44,937 nucleotides of DNA, taken from assembly GCA_037446305.1 (NCBI GenBank), contig JBBIIW010000003.1, positions 1 through 44,937 of the forward strand, written 5' to 3'. This document shows, in pieces, positions 23,903 through 32,113 of the stretch. Numbering within the stretch: the first letter of the stretch is position 1; the number at the start of each line of letters is the position of its first letter. The stretch is from Candidatus Rokuibacteriota bacterium. Its GTDB lineage: Bacteria > Methylomirabilota > Methylomirabilia > Rokubacteriales > CSP1-6. The position numbers were made by a program, and so were the translations under genes. The notes under the pieces were generated by a model. It did not search any database. It had not been told where the DNA came from and saw only the letters and a program-made list of their open reading frames with translations.

Positions 23903-25453
23903 ATGATGGCGCGGATCAGGAGCTGGGTGAACGGCGGTGTGGGACAGGCGGTGAGCCGCTTCCGCGATCGCCGCGCCGGCTGGTTGGGTCGCCACGCCGC
24001 GGCCGTCCAGAAGACGATCGTCACCGCCGTCATCCTCCTTGCCCTCTACTGGGCCGTCACGGCGATCGTCGCGTACATCACCGCGCCGCGGCTGGAGATG
24101 ACCATGAGCCCGGTCGTGGGCCGCATCGCCGTCGTCGCCCAGCCGGCCACCCGCGTGCCCATCGCCCGGAAGGTCACGTACACGGGCAGCGTCGCGTCGT
24201 TCCAGGATGTGACTGTCTATCCCCGCCATGAGGGCTGGGTGAAGGACTTTCAGCTGTACGAAGGCGACCACGTGACGCGGGGGCAGGTGATTGCGCGGCT
24301 GGACACCGCCGAACTCGAGCGCGCGGTCCAGCAGGGGCGGGCGCTGGTCACCCAGGCCGAGGGCGAGGTGCGGGAGGCGGAGGCGCGGCTCGCGGCGGCG
24401 AACGTCGGCGTTCTCAAGGCGGCCGAAGAACGGGCGCAGGCGGAGGCGGCGCTCAAGGAGGCCGAGGCGTTGCTGGCGGTCGCGCGGGCGAATCTTGAGG
24501 CGGCCCGTCCCGGGGTGGTCGAGGCTCGAGCCCAGGCGGAGTATGTCGAGGGGGAGTTCAGGCGCGACGAAACCCTCGTGGCGGGCGGCGCGATCAGCCA
24601 GGCCTCTTTCGACCAGCGACGTGCGCAGTTCGTCAGCGCCCGCGAGCGCATAGCCCAAGCCGAGGCGCGCGTCGTCGAAATGCAGGCTCAAGTCGCCTCG
24701 GCGGAGGCCAAGATCGTCAGCGCACGCGCGGCCATCCGGCGTGCGGTCGCCAGCCAGCAGGCCGCGGTGAGCCACGTTCGCCACGCCGAGGCGGGAGTCG
24801 CTGCGGCCAGAGCCAGGCTCGCCGCGGCCCGGGAGGAGCACGAGCGGCGCCAGGTCGTGCTCGGGTACACCACGATCGAGGCCCCGATCACGGGGCGGGT
24901 GGCCAAGCGCCACATCTACGCCGGCATCCTGGTGAAGCCAGGGATGCCGATCGTGGACCTCCAGGACCTGAGCCGGGTTCGTGTGCAGGCGAAAGTAGCC
25001 GAGCGCGACCTTCCCTTCGTGCGGGTCGGCACGACGGAGGCCATCGTCCGCTTCCCGACCCTGCCCGAAGGGCAGCGGGAACGCCGGGCCCGGGTCACAA
25101 CGGTGTTTCCTCAGCTCGATCCGGTGAGCCGGACGGCCACCGTGGAGATCCTGCTCGACAACCCGGGCGAGCTGATCAAGCCGGAGATGTACGCGGTCGT
25201 GGACCTGGTCCTGGAGCGGAAGGAGAAGGCGATTGTCATCCCGCGCCAGGCGGTCCTCGACGGGCCGGACGGCAAGCCGATCGTGTACGTCACCGACGCG
25301 GTCACCGCCATGTCGCGACCCGTGACGCTCGGGATCGCGGAGGGCGAGCGGGTCGAGGTCCTGGATGGGGTCAAGGAGGGCGAGATGATCGTCGCCCGGG
25401 GTCAGCGGAACCTCTCGGAGGGGGCGCAGGTCCAGGTCGTGGGCGGGCTGTGA
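23903..25453 (+). CDS. Efflux periplasmic adaptor (MFP/HlyD family) with an unusually long alpha-helical hairpin
   Basis: N-terminal TM helix, lipoyl-like halves (GWVKDFQLYEGDHVTRGQVIARLD ... IEAPITGRVAKRHIYAGILVKPGMPIVDL), an intervening Ala/Glu/Arg-rich helical region, and beta-barrel plus MP domains. Confidence 0.85.
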   Translation: MMARIRSWVNGGVGQAVSRFRDRRAGWLGRHAAAVQKTIVTAVILLALYWAVTAIVAYITAPRLEMTMSPVVGRIAVVAQPATRVPIARKVTYTGSVASFQDVTVYPRHEGWVKDFQLYEGDHVTRGQVIARLDTAELERAVQQGRALVTQAEGEVREAEARLAAANVGVLKAAEERAQAEAALKEAEALLAVARANLEAARPGVVEARAQAEYVEGEFRRDETLVAGGAISQASFDQRRAQFVSARERIAQAEARVVEMQAQVASAEAKIVSARAAIRRAVASQQAAVSHVRHAEAGVAAARARLAAAREEHERRQVVLGYTTIEAPITGRVAKRHIYAGILVKPGMPIVDLQDLSRVRVQAKVAERDLPFVRVGTTEAIVRFPTLPEGQRERRARVTTVFPQLDPVSRTATVEILLDNPGELIKPEMYAVVDLVLERKEKAIVIPRQAVLDGPDGKPIVYVTDAVTAMSRPVTLGIAEGERVEVLDGVKEGEMIVARGQRNLSEGAQVQVVGGL

Positions 25454-25486
25454 GGCTGGCGCACATCGGCTGAAGGAGCGCCGCGC

Positions 25487-28400
25487 ATGCTGAAGGCGAT
25501 CCCGAAGTTCGCGGTCGAGCACCCGATGGTGATGATCCCGATCTACCTGGCGATGATCGGGGTCGGCGTCGTCATGTACCGGCACCTGCCGCTCGAGCTC
25601 CAGCCGTATTTGGAGAACCCGACCGTCGGGATCGTCATCACCTACCCAGGCGTCTCCGCCGAGGACATGGAGTACTACTTCGCCCGGCCCATCGAGAAGA
25701 AGATGGGCGTGCTGGGCGGGGTCACGTTCATCCGCTCCAACTCGCAGGAGGGGCGCACCGAGGTCGTCATCGGCTTCGAGTACGGCTCGGACATGAACCA
25801 GCACAAGCTGGACGTGCAGACCCTCCTGACCAACATGCTCAACGAGCTCCCCTTCGACAAGGACAACACGACCAACCCCTGGGTCGTCCACGTCGCCAAC
25901 GACAACGTCCCCATCCTTGACCTCAACGTCACGCACAGCGAGTGGGACGACGTCCGGCTGCGCGAGTTCCTGGACAACATCGTCCGGGAGCGGCTCGAGT
26001 CGGTCCCGGGCGTCCAGTCGATCATGCCCTACGGGGGCAAGCGCCGGCTCATGCTGGTCGAGGTGGACCGGGACCGGCTCGCCGCGTACCAGCTCGGGCT
26101 CATGGAGGTCAAGACGGCCATCGAGCAGCAGCACCTGAGCCGGGCAGCCGGCAAGCTTCGCTCTCGGGAGTGGGACATCCTGGTCCGGGCGGACGCGATC
26201 CTCCGCGATCCGCGCGACCTCGGCGGGATCCCCATCGGGACGTTCAAGGACCGGGTCGTCTACCTGAGGGACGTGGCGACGGTGAAGGACTCCTTCGCCG
26301 AGGTGACGAGCAGCTACCACTTCAACGGCCGGCGGGGCATCCTCCTCACGCTGATCAAGCAGCCACAGGTGGGCGACAAGGAGCCGATCGAGGGGGTGCT
26401 GGCGCGCATGGACGAGTTCGTGCGCGAGTACCCCGGGCTCCGGTACGAGATCGCCTACAACCGCCTGAACTTCCTCGAGCGGATCATCGCCAACGCCTGG
26501 CACGAGATGTTCCTGGCGTTCACGATCACGTCCATCGTCGTGCTCGCCTTCCTGAATCAGATCCGCCCGACCTTCATCGTCCTGGTGACGCTGCCGGCGG
26601 CGGTGAGCGCCGGCTTCATCTGGTGGCGGCCGTTCGGCTTCACGGTGAACACACCGACCCTCATGGCGCTGACCTTCGTCATCGGCCGACTGGTGGACGA
26701 CTCGGTGATCATGATGGAGGTCATCGACCGCCATCTCCGGATGGGCAAGCCGCCCAAGCAGGCGGCCATCGAGGGCGCCCAGGAGGTGAGCGGGGCGATG
26801 GTCGCCATCGGCGCCACGGCCTGGCTCGCCATGGGGCCGGCGCTCTTCCTCGGCGGCACCATGGGGACGGGTTTCCAGGGAATGACCGCCCCGATGATCT
26901 TCGCCAACCTCATGTCCACGTTCTTCACGCTCACCCTCGATCCGACGCTCCGGGCCTATCTCCTGCGGCCGCGGACGAAGGAGACGATGACGATCACGGA
27001 CTACCTGGACCGGGGCGTCGAGGTCCTCATGCGGCCGGCCCAGTGGCTCTTCGGCCGGGCGGAGTGGCTCCAGCTGAACGTGCTGAACTGGGCGCTCGAC
27101 TACCGCGTCGTGGTCCTCGCCGTCGGCGCCGCCTCGCTCTACGCCGGCTACAAGATCTGGCCGACACTCGGCTGGGAGGGCATGCCGCTCCAGGACACCG
27201 GGCAGGCCGTGGGCGAGGTGGAGACCTGGCCCGGGGCATCCTTCGAGGAGACCGAGAAGATCGTTTCCAAGATCGAGGAGCATCTGCTGAAGAATCCCGA
27301 GGTCAAGCTGGTGTCCACCCAGATCGGTATGGAGCCGGGCCTGGGCACCGCGCCGAACTTCACGTACTTCTCGGGCTACGGCGTCCGCACCGTGAACAAG
27401 GCGTTCTTCAAGATCACGCTCACCGACACCGACGAGCGCACCTGCCAGTTCTACCACCGCTGGGCCGACGGCTTCGCGCCGCTGCGCCCGCTGGTCCAGC
27501 CCTGCGCGGAGCGGAGCGGGCGGACGATCTGGACGATCCTCGACACCACGCAGGCCCAGATCCTGGCCCACGTCCCCGGGATCCGCAGCCTCTGGTTCAT
27601 GGAGATGGGGGCGACGCCCGTCAACACGGCGCGGGCGCCCGTGGAGGCGATCATCAAGGGCGACGACATCGCCGTCCTGGACCAGCTCGGCAAGCAGGCG
27701 CTGGAGGTCGGCAACCGGACGCCCGGCCTGGTCCAGCCGTTCACCTCCTGGTCGATGACCATGCCCCAGTACCGCCTGGAGATCGACCGGGTCCGGGCGA
27801 AGGAGCTGGGCCTCGCGGTGCCCCAGATCGCGATGCAGGCCTTCTACGCACTCCAGGGCGGCTTCACGAGCGAGTTCTTCAAGCCCGAGGAAGGCTACCG
27901 GCACACGCGCTTCCTGATCCGCTACAAGCCCGAGCAGCGGCGGACCCTGGAGGACCTCGAGCAGGTGAAACTCACGACGCCGACGGGCAAGGTCGTCCCC
28001 CTCAAGGAGGTGGCCCGGGTGGTGCCGCGCAACGGGGTGGACTGGGTGTACAAGGAGGACCTCCAGTACGCCCTAACCGTCCTGGCCCAGTACCGCGAGG
28101 TCGGCCTGAAGATGGCCACCGCCGGGCTCATCATGGGGATCAAGACCTCGGTCCCGCTGCCCAAGCGCTACACCGTCCAGCCCAAGGGCATGATGCTCGA
28201 CATGCTGGACAACCTCTACCGCCTGTACAACGGCATGTACCTGGCGATCGGCATCCTCTTCATCCTCCTGCTCCTCCAGACCCGCTCGATGGTCTCGACG
28301 CTCGCGATCCTGGTCGACGCGCCGCTGGAGTGGATGGGGGCGATCTACCTGCTGTGGCTCCGGGGCTTCAACTGGTCACCGCCGGTCGTGTGGGGGATGA

Positions 28401-29074
28401 TGCTCGCCACCGTCATGGTGATGGCGACCGGCATCCTCCTGGTCGAGAAGATCACCCAGCTCGAGGCGGCGGGGCTGGACCGCCGGCGCGCGGTGCTCAC
28501 CGCCTCCCCCATCCGGCTGCGGCCGGTGCTCATGACGACGCTGACCACGGCGTCCGCCTTCATCCCGCCCATGTTCGCGCCCCCGACCGGGATGGACCGC
28601 TTCCGGCCGATCGCGACGGCGATCGTGGGCGCACTGATCAGCTCGACGGCCCTCGGGCTCATCACGGTGCCGGTCATCTACACGGTCCTGGACGACCTGC
28701 GGCAGTTCCTCCGGAAGGTGTACGCGGGCCTCCCGTTCGCGCGGAGGGTCAGCGGCGAGGAGTTCGTGCGCAAGCTCCCCGCCCTCCCGACGGAGGTCCT
28801 GTGGGAGCTCCGCCACGTGGACCAGTACAAGCCGGGCGTCTTCGGGTTCGATACGAGCGTCATCCCTCGGATCCTCGAGGAGCGGGAGCGGGCGCGAAAG
28901 GCGCGGGAGGCGCGGGAGGAGGAGGTGATCGAGGTCGAGGAGCTGCCCCTCCCGGCGCTGGCCGGCGGCGCCGGCGACGGTGCGCCTCACACCCAGGACC
29001 CGATCCGGGGCGTCAGTCCCCGGGCGGCGGGGGACGGCGAGAACCAACCACCGGAACGGCCGTCACACGGGTAA
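25487..29074 (+). CDS. RND-superfamily efflux permease (AcrB/CzcA-like) with a charged C-terminal extension
   Basis: 1195 aa with 12-TM topology and two large periplasmic loops. TM4 motif VIGRLVDDSVIMMEVIDRH. Confidence 0.9.
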   Translation: MLKAIPKFAVEHPMVMIPIYLAMIGVGVVMYRHLPLELQPYLENPTVGIVITYPGVSAEDMEYYFARPIEKKMGVLGGVTFIRSNSQEGRTEVVIGFEYGSDMNQHKLDVQTLLTNMLNELPFDKDNTTNPWVVHVANDNVPILDLNVTHSEWDDVRLREFLDNIVRERLESVPGVQSIMPYGGKRRLMLVEVDRDRLAAYQLGLMEVKTAIEQQHLSRAAGKLRSREWDILVRADAILRDPRDLGGIPIGTFKDRVVYLRDVATVKDSFAEVTSSYHFNGRRGILLTLIKQPQVGDKEPIEGVLARMDEFVREYPGLRYEIAYNRLNFLERIIANAWHEMFLAFTITSIVVLAFLNQIRPTFIVLVTLPAAVSAGFIWWRPFGFTVNTPTLMALTFVIGRLVDDSVIMMEVIDRHLRMGKPPKQAAIEGAQEVSGAMVAIGATAWLAMGPALFLGGTMGTGFQGMTAPMIFANLMSTFFTLTLDPTLRAYLLRPRTKETMTITDYLDRGVEVLMRPAQWLFGRAEWLQLNVLNWALDYRVVVLAVGAASLYAGYKIWPTLGWEGMPLQDTGQAVGEVETWPGASFEETEKIVSKIEEHLLKNPEVKLVSTQIGMEPGLGTAPNFTYFSGYGVRTVNKAFFKITLTDTDERTCQFYHRWADGFAPLRPLVQPCAERSGRTIWTILDTTQAQILAHVPGIRSLWFMEMGATPVNTARAPVEAIIKGDDIAVLDQLGKQALEVGNRTPGLVQPFTSWSMTMPQYRLEIDRVRAKELGLAVPQIAMQAFYALQGGFTSEFFKPEEGYRHTRFLIRYKPEQRRTLEDLEQVKLTTPTGKVVPLKEVARVVPRNGVDWVYKEDLQYALTVLAQYREVGLKMATAGLIMGIKTSVPLPKRYTVQPKGMMLDMLDNLYRLYNGMYLAIGILFILLLLQTRSMVSTLAILVDAPLEWMGAIYLLWLRGFNWSPPVVWGMMLATVMVMATGILLVEKITQLEAAGLDRRRAVLTASPIRLRPVLMTTLTTASAFIPPMFAPPTGMDRFRPIATAIVGALISSTALGLITVPVIYTVLDDLRQFLRKVYAGLPFARRVSGEEFVRKLPALPTEVLWELRHVDQYKPGVFGFDTSVIPRILEERERARKAREAREEEVIEVEELPLPALAGGAGDGAPHTQDPIRGVSPRAAGDGENQPPERPSHG

Positions 29075-29090
29075 CAAGAGGAGAACGGCG

Positions 29091-29576
29091 ATGAAAATGC
29101 ATGGCGTGATCACCACACGTTCGCTGATCGCCCTGGCGGCAATCGCCGCGATCCTGGGCGTGGTCGTGACCGGGGCCTGGGCAGGCGAGAAGATGCTGCC
29201 GGGCCGGGTCATGGCCATGTCGAAGTACTCCTTCGACGAGACCGTGAGCCGGGTGAAGCAGGCGATCGAGGGCCAGCAGATGATGGTGGTCTTCAGCGCC
29301 GACCACCAGGCGATGCTCCAGATGGTCGGGCTCCAAACCAAAGGCATGGTCGGGATCGAGTTCTTCCACCCGCGCTACGGCAAGGTCATCGTCGAGAACG
29401 ATCACGCCGCGGGCCTCGAGATCCCCCTCCGGCTGGTGATCATGGAGGGCGACATGGGGACCATGCTGACCTATCAAAAGCCATCGCACACCTTCAGCAA
29501 GTACCCCAGGCTCAAGAACCTCGGTGAGGAGCTGGACGGCGTGCTGGCGACGATCGCGGCCTCGGTTTCAAAGTAA
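29091..29576 (+). CDS. Secreted DUF302 domain protein (copy 1)
   Basis: AAGAGGAG RBS, signal peptide ...ILGVVVTGAWA, and a DUF302-like core (FDETVSRVKQAIEGQQMMVVFSADHQAML...EIPLRLVIME..GTMLTYQKP). Confidence 0.8.
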   Translation: MKMHGVITTRSLIALAAIAAILGVVVTGAWAGEKMLPGRVMAMSKYSFDETVSRVKQAIEGQQMMVVFSADHQAMLQMVGLQTKGMVGIEFFHPRYGKVIVENDHAAGLEIPLRLVIMEGDMGTMLTYQKPSHTFSKYPRLKNLGEELDGVLATIAASVSK

Positions 29577-29589
29577 GGGTGGGATCCAG

Positions 29590-30090
29590 ATGAAACAGAC
29601 GGGGAAGAACGACCGGGCTCTGCGGTTCCTCCTGGGCGGGCTCGCGGCCCTCGGGAGCGTGCTCATCGGCGTCGTCCCGCTTGCGGCCCAGGAGATCAAG
29701 GTCTCGGGCGGGGTGATCGTGGAGAAAGTGGCGAACCATCCCTTCGCGGCCGTGGACGCTAAGCTCCAGGCCGCCATCAAGGGGGCGAAGCTGGTCATCG
29801 TCGGCGAGCCGAACTACCAGATGATGCAGCGGATGGTCGGCCGGGAACGCAAACCCGCGAAGGCGTACTTCGTGTTCCGCCCGGACCTGGGGACCCCGAT
29901 CTTCGACAACGATCCGACCGCGGCGATGGAGGTCCCCCTGAAGATCCTCCTCATGGAGAGAGGAGACGGCAAGACGGTCATCAGGTACAAGAAGCCCTCC
30001 TCGGTCCTGGCGGACTACAAGGGTCTGGAGTCGCTGGGCAAGCAGCTGGACGACCTGCTCGCCCAGCTCACCGACGCAACGATCAAGTAA
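29590..30090 (+). CDS. Secreted DUF302 domain protein (copy 2, tandem paralogue)
   Basis: Signal peptide ...LIGVVPLAAQ. Core FAAVDAKLQAAIKGAKLVIVGEPNYQMMQ...EVPLKILLMERGDGKTVIRYKKP is collinear with copy 1. Confidence 0.8.
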   Translation: MKQTGKNDRALRFLLGGLAALGSVLIGVVPLAAQEIKVSGGVIVEKVANHPFAAVDAKLQAAIKGAKLVIVGEPNYQMMQRMVGRERKPAKAYFVFRPDLGTPIFDNDPTAAMEVPLKILLMERGDGKTVIRYKKPSSVLADYKGLESLGKQLDDLLAQLTDATIK

Positions 30091-30120
30091 CAAGTAAAAA
30101 GGAGAGGAGGCGTAGCCCGG

Positions 30121-30525
30121 GTGCTGACGCGCATCCTCGCGCTTTTCCTGCTCACGCTCCCCCTCCTCGCGGGGTGTGGGCAGTCGAAGGGGGGAACGGG
30201 AGACCTCGCAGTGAGCTTGGTGAGCGAGCCACGCCCCGCACGGGTCGGGGAGAACCTTCTACGGGCTCACGTGACCGGCCGGGAGGGCAAGCCTGTTTCG
30301 CTGTCGGGGATCCGGTTCCATTACTACCCGTTCGTGCACCGAGACAAGGACTCGCTTGCGTCGCCCGATGAGGTTGTCCGCGTGGTGGAGGGGGAGGAGG
30401 CGCAGGACGGATACCGCGCCAAGGCGACCTTCGACAAGCCCGGGCCGTGGAAAGTCACGCTCAAGGTCCTCCGCCCGGACAAGCCTGAAGTGGTGGTGAC
30501 ATTCACCTTCGATGTGCGCGGGTGA
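30121..30525 (+). CDS. Lipoprotein with a YtkA/FixH-like domain
   Basis: Strong AAAGGAGAGGAGG RBS and lipobox LLAGC. The beta-rich domain pattern (PRPARVGENLLRAHVTGREGKPV...GYRAKATFDKPGPWKVTLKV) is typical of YtkA-like proteins. Confidence 0.7.
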   Translation: MLTRILALFLLTLPLLAGCGQSKGGTGDLAVSLVSEPRPARVGENLLRAHVTGREGKPVSLSGIRFHYYPFVHRDKDSLASPDEVVRVVEGEEAQDGYRAKATFDKPGPWKVTLKVLRPDKPEVVVTFTFDVRG

Positions 30526-30551
30526 GACCGGGAGGGGCGGAAGGCCGAGAC

Positions 30552-31607
30552 ATGATGAAAGATTGTCTGCTCCTGTTGGCCACGTTGGCGGCGCTGGCCC
30601 CGCCCGTGTTCGCCCTCACCAGCGATCGGATCCTCGGGTTCCCGGCCCGGGTGGTCCTCTCGATCTCCCTGCCGGCCCTTCTCCTCCTGGCGGTCATCTT
30701 CGTTTACACCCTCCTGAAGCGGCATGGCCTGTCCCGCCTCATCCTGTGGGGCCTGATCGGCGGGCTCTTGGGGACGGTGGCGTTGGACGCGGTGCGGCTG
30801 GTCGGGGTGAGGCTCGGCGCCTTTCCGATGGACATGCCGCGAATGTTCGGCGTCATCGCCTCTGGCACGGCGCCCCGCTTCCAGACCAACACGATGGCCA
30901 TCCTCGTGCAGTCCATCGCCAATCTTCCCGAAGAGCAGCGGAAGGAGGCCATGCGTCAGCGGCTCAAGTTCCTGGCCAGCCTCGATGAGACCTCCCGCCG
31001 GGCCTTCATGGGGGCGATGCTGAAAGGCCTGATGGCTCTTCCCGGAGAAACGCGGGCCATGATGGTCGAGACGCAGATGACGCTCATCACGACCGAGCTG
31101 GACGCCGATGCAGCCCGCACGGTGTCGGACTCGATGTCCACCATCATGGCCGGGACCCCCGCTCCGGCGAAATTCCCTAGCGGGATCGAGCTCTTCCTCA
31201 AGGTCCCTCGGGTCCCCATGAGCCAGTTCCGCCGGGCCGCAGAGGTCTCGTACCCGCTGACGCTCCGGGAGTCTGGGCGTCCCGACTGGTGGGTCGCGCT
31301 GCTGGGGTACCTCTGGCACTTCAATATCGGCGCCACGTTCGGGATCAGCTATACGCTCCTGTTCGGGCGGGGGCGGTGGCTGTGGGCCTTTGCCTGGGCG
31401 ACGTTCGTGTGGCTGATGATGATGCTCCTCATGCCCGTTATGATGCCCATGATCGATTTCCCCTGGTGGTTCGTGATCGTGCCTTTTGTAGCCCACCTGG
31501 CGATGGCCGTCCCCATCGGCTGGGTATCCTCGAGGTGCGTCGATGAGGAGGCCGACAGCAAGAGTTTCCTGGGGCTCCTCAGGCAGGAGAAGATGCTTCC
31601 CGCGTGA
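30552..31607 (+). CDS. Polytopic membrane protein of unknown function with a Met-rich C-terminal TM region
   Basis: Several TM helices, a central soluble Met/Ala-rich segment, and FVWLMMMLLMPVMMPMIDFPWWF. No family recognised. Confidence 0.65.
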   Translation: MMKDCLLLLATLAALAPPVFALTSDRILGFPARVVLSISLPALLLLAVIFVYTLLKRHGLSRLILWGLIGGLLGTVALDAVRLVGVRLGAFPMDMPRMFGVIASGTAPRFQTNTMAILVQSIANLPEEQRKEAMRQRLKFLASLDETSRRAFMGAMLKGLMALPGETRAMMVETQMTLITTELDADAARTVSDSMSTIMAGTPAPAKFPSGIELFLKVPRVPMSQFRRAAEVSYPLTLRESGRPDWWVALLGYLWHFNIGATFGISYTLLFGRGRWLWAFAWATFVWLMMMLLMPVMMPMIDFPWWFVIVPFVAHLAMAVPIGWVSSRCVDEEADSKSFLGLLRQEKMLPA

Positions 31608-32113
31608 CGACGCTCGACGCCCGGCGAGGCTCGGATCGCGATCACGTTGGCGGCAGGCGCCGCCCGGGCATCGGCTTCATGGTGCGCCGCCGAGCCGTCA
31701 CCGTCATGACCGTCAGCACCCGGTACCCCTACCAGACGCTCGAGGTCCGCCGGGGGAGCGAAGCTCCGGCCTTCGTACTCTGGGCAGTGTACGTCCCGGT
31801 CGATCGGGAGCAGCGCGTCAGTCGCTGCGTCCGCCTGCTGATGGTCAGAAAGCCGCCCGTTCCCGGCGTGATCCATTTGATGGGGCCGCTCATCCGCCAT
31901 TTCACCGAGGCGGTCTTCGCCCAGGATCGCGCGGCGGTCGAGGCCAAGCAGCGGGCGTGGGAGCTGCAAGGGGGCGACCGGAATCAGGAGATCTACCCCG
32001 TCATCCGGGAACTCAAGGACCTGTTCCGCCGCAACGGCGTGCCGGCCGACGGCGCCTGGGGAGGTGGCCGGCGGCAGTCGAACCCGGGAGCGACGGCGGA
32101 GCTCCGGCCGTGA
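31604..32113 (+). CDS. Hypothetical protein resembling only the C-terminal catalytic-domain end of Rieske-type (VanA/PaO-like) oxygenases. There is no Rieske domain.
   Basis: LIRHFTEAVFAQDRAAVEAKQRA resembles the conserved F...QD..I.E.Q segment. Start and stop overlap both neighbours as GTGA. Confidence 0.4.
   Translation: MTTLDARRGSDRDHVGGRRRPGIGFMVRRRAVTVMTVSTRYPYQTLEVRRGSEAPAFVLWAVYVPVDREQRVSRCVRLLMVRKPPVPGVIHLMGPLIRHFTEAVFAQDRAAVEAKQRAWELQGGDRNQEIYPVIRELKDLFRRNGVPADGAWGGGRRQSNPGATAELRP

Noticed and set aside
22229-27904. Very long antisense ORFs. Examples: 1891 aa on the minus strand opposite the TolC/MFP/RND genes; 7374..10085 (-); 4015..6282 (+); 31993..34824 (-); 36859..39138 (-); 38090..40237 (-); 17568..19331 (-).
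   Set aside because: These are typical high-GC shadow ORFs. Their translations are Arg/Pro/Gly/Asp-rich and low in complexity, with no motifs. The opposite strand in each case encodes a full-length, motif-rich protein.
25487-31607. Impression that the RND-to-Met-rich-protein segment is less GC-rich than its flanks (for example 35-38.5 kb), hinting at horizontal acquisition.
   Set aside because: It was judged only by eye. It cannot be quantified here and may simply reflect membrane-protein amino-acid composition. It needs a sliding-window GC and codon-usage calculation.
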